Below, piece by piece: positions 17,313-25,335 of a DNA stretch of 64,000 nt (positions within the stretch are counted from its first letter, which is position 1; each line of letters opens with the position of its first letter). Both the position numbers and the translations under genes were made by a program. The stretch is taken from NCBI GenBank assembly GCA_001940855.1, contig MSGS01000009.1, forward strand, positions 64,441 through 128,440. Reading direction: 5' to 3'. This DNA is from Christensenellaceae bacterium Phil1. Its GTDB lineage: Bacteria; Bacillota; Clostridia; Christensenellales; CAG-138. Under the pieces are notes generated by a model, which saw only the letters and a list, made by a program, of their open reading frames with translations, ran no database searches and was not told the origin of the DNA.

Positions 17313-17477
17313 ATGTTCGGATTTAAGAAGAAAAAGAGAATGGTCAAGCAGATCCCCGTCAGCGAATATGAGTACCACATTATGTTGGATGCTCTCTTGA
17401 AGCTGAGAGACAAGCTCATTGCCGAGGGACGGTACACAGACGGAGTGGACGAAACCATCTTGGCAGTTTGCAGATAA
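17313..17477 (+). CDS. Small hypothetical protein (54 aa, MFGFKKKKRMVKQIPVSEYEYHIMLDALLKLRDKLIAEGRY...)
   Basis: Not in the ORF track because it is under 60 aa. The ATG is preceded by AAGGAGG and the gene is followed by a strong terminator. Confidence 0.5.
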   Translation: MFGFKKKKRMVKQIPVSEYEYHIMLDALLKLRDKLIAEGRYTDGVDETILAVCR

Positions 17478-17496
17478 ATGAACTGAATACCATAAT

Positions 17497-17531
17497 GGAC
17501 ACCGAAACAAAAAGCGGTGTCCTTTTCTTTT
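17497..17531 (+). terminator. Rho-independent terminator
   Basis: GGACACCG-loop-CGGTGTCC followed by TTTTCTTTTT. Confidence 0.75.
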
Positions 17532-17535
17532 TCGG

Positions 17536-17667
17536 GCAGTCTTGTTGCAGTCTTGAAAAGGTCATTAACACAATATATTGATGTAGATAAACGAAAGAAA
17601 TACAAGATAAAGCGTTTGCAGACTTAAATCCCTCCCCATATTGCAGTCTTGCATTTTTGCAGTCTTG
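17536..17667 (+). promoter_or_regulatory. Five copies of (TT)GCAGTCTTG upstream of the pilin genes (candidate operator array)
   Basis: GCAGTCTTG occurs at 17536, TTGCAGTCTTG at 17545, TTGCAGACTTA at 17616, and TTGCAGTCTTG at 17641 and 17657. Confidence 0.6.
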
Positions 17668-17675
17668 CCTTACAT

Positions 17676-17727
17676 AGCCGCCGAAGCGACATTTTTTGGA
17701 ATGAAACTTCGACGGCTTTTTCTATTT
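17676..17727 (+). terminator. Terminator/attenuator-like hairpin in the leader of the pilin operon
   Basis: AGCCGCCGAAG pairs with CTTCGACGGCT in 10 of 11 positions, with a 20-nt loop, followed by TTTTCTATTTT. It lies about 30 nt upstream of the first pilin start. Confidence 0.45.
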
Positions 17728-17757
17728 TCGGGAGGTGGTTGCCTTTGGTTGTATTGA

Positions 17758-17970
17758 ATGACTCAGAGAAAGGAGGATAGCAACACGAAGCTCATCAAAA
17801 AAGAAAGCAAGTCGTTATTGAATGGCAGAAAGGCAGAAGGATATATCGACACGGCAATAAAACTGATTATTGGCGTAGTTGTAGGTTCGCTTCTTCTTGC
17901 CGGATTGTATGCCATTATCAACAACACCGTGTTACCCGGGCTTGCGGACAGGATTCAATCCATGTTCTAA
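17758..17970 (+). CDS. Flp-like short prepilin, divergent paralog 1 (70 aa)
   Basis: From the ORF track. The sequence is ...GRKA-EGYIDTAIKLIIGVVVGSLLLAGLYAII.... It shares the EGYID plus hydrophobic-helix motif with the next three genes. The SD for this start is weak, so the start is uncertain. Confidence 0.6.
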   Translation: MTQRKEDSNTKLIKKESKSLLNGRKAEGYIDTAIKLIIGVVVGSLLLAGLYAIINNTVLPGLADRIQSMF

Positions 17971-18067
17971 ACGGGATACACAAGATTCATCGTGTAATGG
18001 CGGTGCGATGAACTTGATCGGAAACGCCAAAAACAAATATTCTAATTATCGAAAGGAAAAAAACAAA

Positions 18068-18298
18068 ATGAAGAAGTTTATCAACAAGATTACCGGCAAG
18101 GCAAACGAGCTTGCCATCCGTGCAAAGACTGCCCTCACCGCAAAGGAAGGTGAAGGCTATATCGACACTGCCGTCAAGATCATCATCGGCGTGGTAGTCG
18201 GCGGCGTCATCCTCGCAGGACTTTACGCACTCTTTAAGAATGTCGTTCTTGTCAATCTGAACGACCAGATCGGCGATATGTTCAGCTACACCGCCTAA
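18068..18298 (+). CDS. Flp-like short prepilin, paralog 2 (76 aa)
   Basis: Start at MKKFINKITGKANELAIRAKTALTAKEG-EGYIDTAVKIIIGVVVGGVILAGLYALF. It has a basic leader, the motif, a single hydrophobic helix and a short tail. Confidence 0.75.
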   Translation: MKKFINKITGKANELAIRAKTALTAKEGEGYIDTAVKIIIGVVVGGVILAGLYALFKNVVLVNLNDQIGDMFSYTA

Positions 18299-18347
18299 TC
18301 AGTAACCAACAACACACATTTTTTGAATTAAGAAAGGAACTATCAGA

Positions 18348-18578
18348 ATGAAGAAATTTATCAACAAGATCAACAACAAGGCAAATGAACTTGCCATCCG
18401 TGCAAAGACCGCCCTCACCGCAAGGGAAGGCGAAGGCTATATCGACACTGCCGTCAAGATCATCATCGGCGTTGTGGTCGGTGGTGTTATCCTTGTCGGT
18501 CTGTATGCTCTCTTTAAGAATGTCGTTCTTGTCAACCTGAACGACCAGATCGGCGATATGTTCAGCTACACCGCCTAA
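18348..18578 (+). CDS. Flp-like short prepilin, paralog 3 (76 aa)
   Basis: From the ORF track. It is near-identical to paralog 2 at both protein and DNA level. Confidence 0.75.
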   Translation: MKKFINKINNKANELAIRAKTALTAREGEGYIDTAVKIIIGVVVGGVILVGLYALFKNVVLVNLNDQIGDMFSYTA

Positions 18579-18628
18579 TCAGTAACCAACAACACACATT
18601 TTTTTGAATTATGAAAGGAATTATCGAA

Positions 18629-18859
18629 ATGAAGAAGATTATGAACAAGATCACCGGCAAGGCAAACGAGCTTGCCATCCGTGCAAAGACTGCCCTCACC
18701 GCAAAGGAAGGCGAAGGCTATATCGACACTGCCGTCAAAATCATTATCGGCGTAGTAGTCGGCGGCGTTATCCTCGTCGGTTTGTATGCACTCTTTGATA
18801 ATGTTGTTCTCCCCAAGCTGAACACCGAGATCACGGATATGTTCAACTACTCTGCTTAA
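18629..18859 (+). CDS. Flp-like short prepilin, paralog 4 (76 aa)
   Basis: Start at MKKIMNKITGK. It has the same leader and motif as paralogs 2 and 3, with a divergent C-terminal 25 aa. Confidence 0.75.
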   Translation: MKKIMNKITGKANELAIRAKTALTAKEGEGYIDTAVKIIIGVVVGGVILVGLYALFDNVVLPKLNTEITDMFNYSA

Positions 18860-18873
18860 TCCGGTAAGAAAGC

Positions 18874-19473
18874 ATGATGATTACAACGCATAATTTCATC
18901 GTGCTTTCACTTATTGTATGTGCTACTCTCGGCGTAACCTATCTGCTTACCCGTGTCATGCAGGGGAAAGGGTACAAGGTTAATACCTTACTGAATATCC
19001 TTTTGATGCTTGCGATCTCTACGGTTCTCGTATTGGTCGGAAGCTCTTTTTCATGGATTCTCAAGGGGATTGCCTTTGCCTTGATCCTGCTTTATGCGTC
19101 TTGCGAGGACTATTCCAAAAGAGAGGCAGACGATTTCCTGTGGGTGATGATCCTCCTTCTTTGCATTTGTAATGCCAGCAGTTTAAGCCTTTGGTCAATG
19201 CTCGGCGGTGTGTTTGTCACATTTGTGCCGACATTCGCCATTGCCATTCTCGGTCGTGTTGGAGGAATCGGAGGTGCAGATATCAAGATAGCAGGTGCGT
19301 GTGGGCTGATGCTCGGCTTCATGGGTGGTTCCATCGGTTATGCGGTGGGACTGCTCAGCGCCGTGCTATTCAATATCATATACAATAAAGTGAAGCATCG
19401 TAAAAACAGTAAGTCATTCCCGATGCTGCCGTTCCTCTCGATTGGCTTTATGCTCGGGTACTTTATTTTCTAA
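18874..19473 (+). CDS. A24-family prepilin peptidase (TadV/CpaA-like)
   Basis: From the ORF track. It is a polytopic membrane protein with CEDYSKRE and GGIGGADIKIAGACGLMLG, the two-Asp motifs of A24 peptidases. Confidence 0.85.
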   Translation: MMITTHNFIVLSLIVCATLGVTYLLTRVMQGKGYKVNTLLNILLMLAISTVLVLVGSSFSWILKGIAFALILLYASCEDYSKREADDFLWVMILLLCICNASSLSLWSMLGGVFVTFVPTFAIAILGRVGGIGGADIKIAGACGLMLGFMGGSIGYAVGLLSAVLFNIIYNKVKHRKNSKSFPMLPFLSIGFMLGYFIF

Positions 19474-19493
19474 CCAATAGGAGGATTTGAACA

Positions 19494-20237
19494 TTGAAAA
19501 AAATGAAAATCAATAACAGAACGGTCATCGGTGTAATTTGTATCGTTCTGGCTTTGGTGGTGACATTCGGTGTGTCACCCCTTGTAAACAGACTCTCCGA
19601 CCTGAAAACCGATGTGGTCAGAGTCAAGAACCCCATTGAAAGAGGTCAGCTTATCACAGCCAACGACCTTGAAATCGCAAAGGTTGGTTCATATAACCTT
19701 CCCGAAGGAGTTATCAAGGACGGAACCACCGTTGTCGGCAAGTATGCCACTACCAACATGAGTAAGGGAGATTACCTTTTTGCTGAGAAGCTGACAGGGG
19801 AGAGTAACAGCCCTGAAGATATTCTTGCTTCACTTGATGGCTCAAAGGTGGTCATTTCCGTGTCTATCGGCTCATATGCCGAAGGCCTTTCCAATAAGCT
19901 CCAGAACGGGGACATCATCTCCATTATCATCTACAATAAGGATGAATACCGTTCATATATCCCGGCAGAGCTGAAATATGTTCGTGTTATTACCACTACA
20001 ACAGATGATGGCATTGATCAGGATGAAAACAGGGAAGGCGGTAAGGCAACTACTGTAACGCTTCTTGTAACACCCGAACAGGCAGAAATGCTTTCTGAGT
20101 ATCAGAGCGTTACTTCGATGCACTTCATCCTCGTTTACCGTGGAGACAAGGCAACAGCAGATAAGTTCATTAAGGCACAGGACGATTATCTCAAAGCCGC
20201 ACCTGCCAAGACAACGGAGGCGAGCGATAATGAGTAA
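19494..20237 (+). CDS. CpaB/RcpC-like Flp pilus assembly protein (SAF domain)
   Basis: From the ORF track, with a TTG start 9 nt after AGGAGG. It has an N-terminal TM segment. VVRVKNPIERGQLITANDLE is a SAF-like start. Confidence 0.75.
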   Translation: MKKMKINNRTVIGVICIVLALVVTFGVSPLVNRLSDLKTDVVRVKNPIERGQLITANDLEIAKVGSYNLPEGVIKDGTTVVGKYATTNMSKGDYLFAEKLTGESNSPEDILASLDGSKVVISVSIGSYAEGLSNKLQNGDIISIIIYNKDEYRSYIPAELKYVRVITTTTDDGIDQDENREGGKATTVTLLVTPEQAEMLSEYQSVTSMHFILVYRGDKATADKFIKAQDDYLKAAPAKTTEASDNE

Positions 20238-20982
20238 AGTAATAGCAGTATGGGGAACGCCGGGAAGCGGAAAGACCACTTTTGCGGCGAAGCTCGCTTC
20301 TTCTCTCAATATGGGAGGAAAGGGCAAGTCGATCCATTCCGCTATTGCTGTCTTTCCCGATTTTACGGCACCTGTTGTTCCGACAATCTTTCCAAACAAA
20401 AAGAGTGATGAGCTGTTCTCGCTTGGTTCGGTTCTGCAAAAGCCCGACCTGACAAAGAACCTCATCGTCTCTAATACCATCTTCATCAAGGACAGAACGA
20501 ACCTCGGTTTTCTCGGGTATACGGCAGGAGAGAACCGCTTTTCTTATGCCGAGTACACAAGGGACAAGGCAGATGCTTTTCTCGACTGTATTACGGGTGT
20601 GTCCGAATATGTGGTTGTAGATTGTTCCTCAAATCCCGAGGATAACATGCTCACAATGGCTACTCTTGAAAGGGCAGATATAGCGATCAGACTTCTGTCA
20701 CCTGATCTCAAAGGGCTGAGTTATCATCTGTCGCAGACACCTATCTATATCCGCTTCGGATATATGAAGGATGACTGTATTCAGGCAATCAATGTAACAA
20801 CACCCGAGTATCAGTATTCGGCGGCAGATATGAAGGGACATTTCGGAAAGGTCGAATATATCGTGCCTTACAGTCAAACATTGAAGGAACAGTATATGCA
20901 GGGAACACTCACCGAAACAACGAAGGATAAGAAGTACACTTCTGCCGTGGAAGCTATCCGTGAAAGGGTGGTGAAGGTATGA
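20230..20982 (+). CDS. TadZ/CpaE-like ParA/MinD-superfamily ATPase
   Basis: ATG 20230 overlaps the cpaB-like stop. MSKVIAVWGTPGSGKTTFAAKLA is a P-loop. The position between CpaB and TadA matches Tad loci. Confidence 0.7.
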   Translation: MSKVIAVWGTPGSGKTTFAAKLASSLNMGGKGKSIHSAIAVFPDFTAPVVPTIFPNKKSDELFSLGSVLQKPDLTKNLIVSNTIFIKDRTNLGFLGYTAGENRFSYAEYTRDKADAFLDCITGVSEYVVVDCSSNPEDNMLTMATLERADIAIRLLSPDLKGLSYHLSQTPIYIRFGYMKDDCIQAINVTTPEYQYSAADMKGHFGKVEYIVPYSQTLKEQYMQGTLTETTKDKKYTSAVEAIRERVVKV

Positions 20983-22292
20983 GAATCGAAATGTACGACC
21001 TTCTTTGTAAGGCACAGGAAACCATTGCAAGACAGTATCCGGCAATTCTTACGGATAAGTCCAAGCGTGGGGAAATGAAGAACTACCTTGCACAATATCT
21101 GTATAACACGGGATATACCGTAGACGGATATACCATGCAACAGACGGTGGACAGGCTATTTGAGGAAATGGCGGATTACTCAATCCTTACGAAGTATCTT
21201 GCAGATTCCAATATCGAGGAAATCAATATCAACGGTTGGGATGATGTGGCTTTGACCTATCTTGACGGGCGTATTGAGAAATCAAAGGAACACTTCTTCT
21301 CTCCCGGTCACGCAACGGATATTATAAAGAAGCTGCTTCAACATTCGGGAATGATCATTGACAACTCCATGCCGATGGCACAGGGACACTTGCCCGGCAA
21401 TACCCGTATTACCGTTCTGAAATCACCCATTGTTGATGATGAAAGAGGCATTGCGGCTTCTATCCGTATGCTTCATCCGCAGAGAGTGGACAGAGAGAAC
21501 CTTTTGAACACCGATTCCATTACAGACGAAATGCTGAGATTCTTGGAAATGTGTCTCCGATATGGCGTGTCCTTTGTTGTTGCAGGCAGAACAAGCTCGG
21601 GTAAGACAACCTTGCTCAATAGCTTGCTCGGCTCTGTTCCCGATAACAAGCGTATTTATACCATTGAATCGGGTGCAAGAGAGTTGGCACTTGTGAAAAG
21701 GGACACAAACGGAGCTGTGATAAACAATGTTGTTCATACACTTTCCCGTCCTTCCGAGAAAGACCAATCCAATGTGACACAAGAGGACTTGGTGATAGCG
21801 TCCTTGCGTTTTGATCCCGATGTGATATGCGTCGGAGAAATGCGAGATAGTGAAGCGGCATCGGCAATAGAGGCAAGCTCCACAGACCACACAGTCGTGA
21901 CTACCGTACACGGTGCTGGAGGAAAGTATGCTCACCAAAGAATAGCTTTTCTTGCCTTGAAGGGTATGAAAAGTAACGATATCCACATCGCCTTGCAACA
22001 GGCGGCACTTGCTTTTCCCGTGGTTGTGTTCGCACACAAGCTGGAGAACAATACCCGTAAGGTAATGGATATCTCGGAATGTATCGTAGAGGATAACGGC
22101 GAGCTTTCGTACAGAGTGCTTTATCGGTATAAGATCAAGAGCAACACTTATCGCAACGGTGAATTTTTCATTGACGGCGAGTTTGTGAAGGAGAATAATC
22201 TCTCGGATAATCTGAAAGAAAAACTGCTCCGTGGCGGTGTGCCGAATCCGTTGCTTGAACAATTCTTAGGGAAGGAGATGATGACGGCATGA
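20979..22292 (+). CDS. TadA/CpaF-type secretion ATPase (T2SS/T4P/T4SS ATPase family)
   Basis: From the ORF track. Walker A is AGRTSSGKTTLLNSL, Walker B is DPDVICVGEMRD, and the His box is VVTTVHG. There is a 4-nt start/stop overlap with both neighbouring genes. Confidence 0.9.
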   Translation: MRIEMYDLLCKAQETIARQYPAILTDKSKRGEMKNYLAQYLYNTGYTVDGYTMQQTVDRLFEEMADYSILTKYLADSNIEEININGWDDVALTYLDGRIEKSKEHFFSPGHATDIIKKLLQHSGMIIDNSMPMAQGHLPGNTRITVLKSPIVDDERGIAASIRMLHPQRVDRENLLNTDSITDEMLRFLEMCLRYGVSFVVAGRTSSGKTTLLNSLLGSVPDNKRIYTIESGARELALVKRDTNGAVINNVVHTLSRPSEKDQSNVTQEDLVIASLRFDPDVICVGEMRDSEAASAIEASSTDHTVVTTVHGAGGKYAHQRIAFLALKGMKSNDIHIALQQAALAFPVVVFAHKLENNTRKVMDISECIVEDNGELSYRVLYRYKIKSNTYRNGEFFIDGEFVKENNLSDNLKEKLLRGGVPNPLLEQFLGKEMMTA

Positions 22293-23215
22293 TTATCATA
22301 CAACTTGTAGCGTTCTTTTTGCTGACAATCGGCATTGTATGGACACTTGGATTGACACCCGAACAGATCAATAACGACCTTTCGGGATTATTCGATAAAC
22401 AGCAGTCCTTACAGGATATGTCCAAAGCGGCAAGAGGAAAAAAGAAACAGAGCAAGATCATCACGAACTTGCTTAAAACCCGCAGAGTATTGAAAGAGAC
22501 GGGAAAAGAGAAATCCTTTTCGGTGGCACTTGCGTTATCCATGCTCCTTATGGTTATTGGATGTGTCATTGCCATTGTACTGGATAATATCTTCCTCGCT
22601 CCCGTGCTCGGTATCTTCTTTGCATTATTGCCTTTTCTGTACCTCATGCGAAGCGTGAATATCTACAATAAGCACGTGCGTGAGGACATGGAGATGTCGC
22701 TGTCCCTTATCACTACGGCATATATCGACTGCGATAACATCAAAATGGCAATCGGTCATTATGTTGAAGAACTTCGACCTTCTATGCAGGGTATCTTCCG
22801 AGAATTTCTCGGTGAGGTTGACAATATATCCCCCAATATGGAAGAAGCTATCTACCACATGAAAGCAAAGATCGACAACGGTATTTGGAGAGAATGGTGC
22901 GATCAGCTTGTAGCCTGCCAGAGCGACAGCGGACTCAAGGACACGCTCCCTGCAATCGTATCAAAACTCCGTGATGAAAGACTTGTAAACTCGGAACTCA
23001 GAACAGCACTCTCTGAGGTGCGACGTGAGTATTACTTCATGGTAGCCTTTGTTGTGGGTAACATCCCACTTCTGTATTGTATCAACCGAGACTGGTATGA
23101 TGCCCTTATGAATACCGTGTTCGGTAAGATGGTGCTTGGTATTACGGGCATCGTGATTCTCGTCACATGGCTTCGTATGAGTAAGCAGACAAAGCCGATT
23201 GAGTATAAAGGGTAA
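22289..23215 (+). CDS. TadB-like platform protein (T2SS F-domain family)
   Basis: From the ORF track. Its membrane topology and position after the ATPase fit this call. Confidence 0.75.
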   Translation: MIIIQLVAFFLLTIGIVWTLGLTPEQINNDLSGLFDKQQSLQDMSKAARGKKKQSKIITNLLKTRRVLKETGKEKSFSVALALSMLLMVIGCVIAIVLDNIFLAPVLGIFFALLPFLYLMRSVNIYNKHVREDMEMSLSLITTAYIDCDNIKMAIGHYVEELRPSMQGIFREFLGEVDNISPNMEEAIYHMKAKIDNGIWREWCDQLVACQSDSGLKDTLPAIVSKLRDERLVNSELRTALSEVRREYYFMVAFVVGNIPLLYCINRDWYDALMNTVFGKMVLGITGIVILVTWLRMSKQTKPIEYKG

Positions 23216-23229
23216 GGAGGGAAAAGAGC

Positions 23230-24108
23230 ATGATTATAGTACAGTTATTTATCGGAATCATATTCGCCCTCGGTGCCGGAATGATTCTGTGTGACATTTT
23301 CAAGATACCAACCTTGAAGGTCAGCCGAGCAACACACAACCTCGGCAAGAAGGGGGACAAGAAGGTCAGCCCCGTAAAACTTTTCCTCGACGGATTTGCA
23401 GAGGAATTTGCACAGAAGATCAAGCTGAACGAATGGAAGAAGAAAGAACTGGAGAAGGATCTGCTTTCCGCAGGACTTGGGGATGTAACGCCCGAGCAGT
23501 TCACAGCAAGAGCCATGACAAAAGCGTTTGCTGTGGGTATCTTTGCCATTCCCGCATTTTTTGTTTTCAAGGTTCTCGGTATTCTTTTCATCGGACTTGC
23601 GTTTTTCGTTTACTTCATGGAAACAAGGAGCATTACAAGCAAGATCAAGAAGAAAAGAGCCAAGATCGAAGCCGAGCTTCCGAGATTTGTGGGAACGGTA
23701 AATAATAAGCTAACCCACACAAGAGATGTGATCGAGATTCTGACCGCATACAAGGAAACGGCAGGCGAAGAGTTCAAAGAAGAACTGACCATTACCGTTG
23801 CGGAAATGAACATCGGTGCCAATAAGACCGAAGCTCTCACCCACCTTGAAGAAAGAGTTGGATCATCACTCTTGAGTGAAGTAACACTAAAGCTCAAAGC
23901 GGTGATTGAGGGTAACTACTCAGAGGCAAGCTGGACGATGCTTGCATCTACCTTCGCACAGCTTCAAAAGGACAACCTGAAAAAGCAAGCGAATACCATT
24001 CCACGAAAGTGCAGAAAGAACTCGATTGCGTTGCTTATCTGCTTTATCCTTATCTATGTGGTCGTTCTCGGTCAGGTGCTTATAAGCTCCCTCGGCGGCA
24101 TTTTCTAA
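23230..24108 (+). CDS. TadC-like platform protein (T2SS F-domain family)
   Basis: From the ORF track. It is a second polytopic protein with a cytoplasmic helical domain. AAGGAGGG lies upstream. Confidence 0.75.
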   Translation: MIIVQLFIGIIFALGAGMILCDIFKIPTLKVSRATHNLGKKGDKKVSPVKLFLDGFAEEFAQKIKLNEWKKKELEKDLLSAGLGDVTPEQFTARAMTKAFAVGIFAIPAFFVFKVLGILFIGLAFFVYFMETRSITSKIKKKRAKIEAELPRFVGTVNNKLTHTRDVIEILTAYKETAGEEFKEELTITVAEMNIGANKTEALTHLEERVGSSLLSEVTLKLKAVIEGNYSEASWTMLASTFAQLQKDNLKKQANTIPRKCRKNSIALLICFILIYVVVLGQVLISSLGGIF

Positions 24109-24120
24109 GGAGGGATGCGT

Positions 24121-24531
24121 ATGAGAAAAGTATTATGCAACAAGCGTGGAGAAGGGTATATTGATATTGCGGTGGCGGTTCTCGTCATCGTTTTTCTTTT
24201 GATCTTCTCAGTCAGCATCTTCTCAAAGATCGCCGTCAAGCAGGACATTGACTATATGTGCCGTGAGCTTGTGGAAACCGCAACCACCACAGGCAGGATC
24301 GGTCCTGAGTTCGACGCACGGTATGAGGAATTGTGTGATGAGATCGGCTTCCGTCCCACACTCAGCTATTCGGCAACCTACTTCAGTGCATCCGCAAAGA
24401 AGGTTCAGCTCGGCGATGTGATTACCGTCAAGCTGACATACCATACAAGTCTGTTTGGCTTCGGCGGTACGGTATTCCCATTCGATGTGAGTGTTATGGA
24501 ATCGGGGCTGTCGAGAGTTTATTGGAAGTAA
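24121..24531 (+). CDS. TadE-like pseudopilin / minor pilin (DUF4320-like)
   Basis: MRKVLCNKRG-EGYIDIAVAVLVIVFLLIF carries the same G-EGYID motif as the pilins. ATG 24121 lies 6 nt after AAGGAGGG. The ORF track start is 24115. Confidence 0.65.
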   Translation: MRKVLCNKRGEGYIDIAVAVLVIVFLLIFSVSIFSKIAVKQDIDYMCRELVETATTTGRIGPEFDARYEELCDEIGFRPTLSYSATYFSASAKKVQLGDVITVKLTYHTSLFGFGGTVFPFDVSVMESGLSRVYWK

Positions 24532-24540
24532 GGTGAGAGC

Positions 24541-24996
24541 GTGAAAAAGAATAGAGTCAAAGCTGTTCTTACGAATAAGGACGGCTTTTCATATATCCTC
24601 GTTTGCGTTATCATTCTTGTTTCCATGATGGTCATTTCCGTCTTGATGCAGTATGCCCATGTCTATCACACAGCAAGAGTGCATGAGGATGATATGCAAC
24701 TGCGGCTGGACAGCTATGTGACAAAGGAAGCCATTGAGAATTACGATGCTTTCAAACAGGGCGAACCGTACTGGAAATATATCAATGAGATTGATCTGAT
24801 CGGCGGTGCGAGAGGCGTTATCAGCGGAACGCCCGGAAGAAAAACAGGATTGACCGTAACACCTATCAAGGGAAAAAGCGTCGGTGTGTGTGTCAGTTAC
24901 ACATTGACGGTTCCCTTTGAACTATGGGGAAGAAAGGTTGCGGATATTGAGATCCCCATAGAGATTATTTCAAAACTGACAGAAAGGAACGGATAA
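24541..24996 (+). CDS. Second pseudopilin-like protein (TadF-like?)
   Basis: From the ORF track, with a GTG start. It has a short basic leader, KDG-FSYILVCVIILVSMMVISVL, then a globular part. Confidence 0.5.
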   Translation: MKKNRVKAVLTNKDGFSYILVCVIILVSMMVISVLMQYAHVYHTARVHEDDMQLRLDSYVTKEAIENYDAFKQGEPYWKYINEIDLIGGARGVISGTPGRKTGLTVTPIKGKSVGVCVSYTLTVPFELWGRKVADIEIPIEIISKLTERNG

Positions 24997-25335
24997 ATGA
25001 GTAAAAAGAACCTTATCACCACGATTGTGTGTATTGCGGTTGCAGTGCTTATGATCGTGGTAATCGTTGTTTCTGTTATTAAGGGCAGGGAAAAGAACCC
25101 CGAATTGCCTCCCGATACCACAATAACAGAGACAGAAAACACAACAGAACCTGAAGATACGGATATTCCGATCATCCCCATTCCACCGGACACGGATGAG
25201 GACACAGGCAAACAGGGTGAGGTTTATATTGATGTGATAAAGGAAAACGAAAAGCACACAAGACCTACAGAGCCAACGATTGAGGGTGAGCCGTATGTCG
25301 GGGATGATGTAAAGGAGGACGGAAATGCGGAGTAA
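24997..25335 (+). CDS. Small membrane-anchored acidic Pro/Thr/Glu-rich protein
   Basis: From the ORF track. The TM segment is LITTIVCIAVAVLMIVVIVVSVI, followed by PPDTTITETENTTEPEDTD.... It overlaps the next gene by 11 nt. Confidence 0.5.
   Translation: MSKKNLITTIVCIAVAVLMIVVIVVSVIKGREKNPELPPDTTITETENTTEPEDTDIPIIPIPPDTDEDTGKQGEVYIDVIKENEKHTRPTEPTIEGEPYVGDDVKEDGNAE

Larger units (their letters stand above)
18068..18859 (+). repeat. Three tandem ~280-nt gene-plus-spacer units (pilin paralogs 2-4)
   Basis: The spacer TAATCAGTAACCAACAACACACATTTTTTGAATTA.GAAAGGAA is repeated after paralogs 2 and 3. The coding parts are near-identical by eye. Confidence 0.8.
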
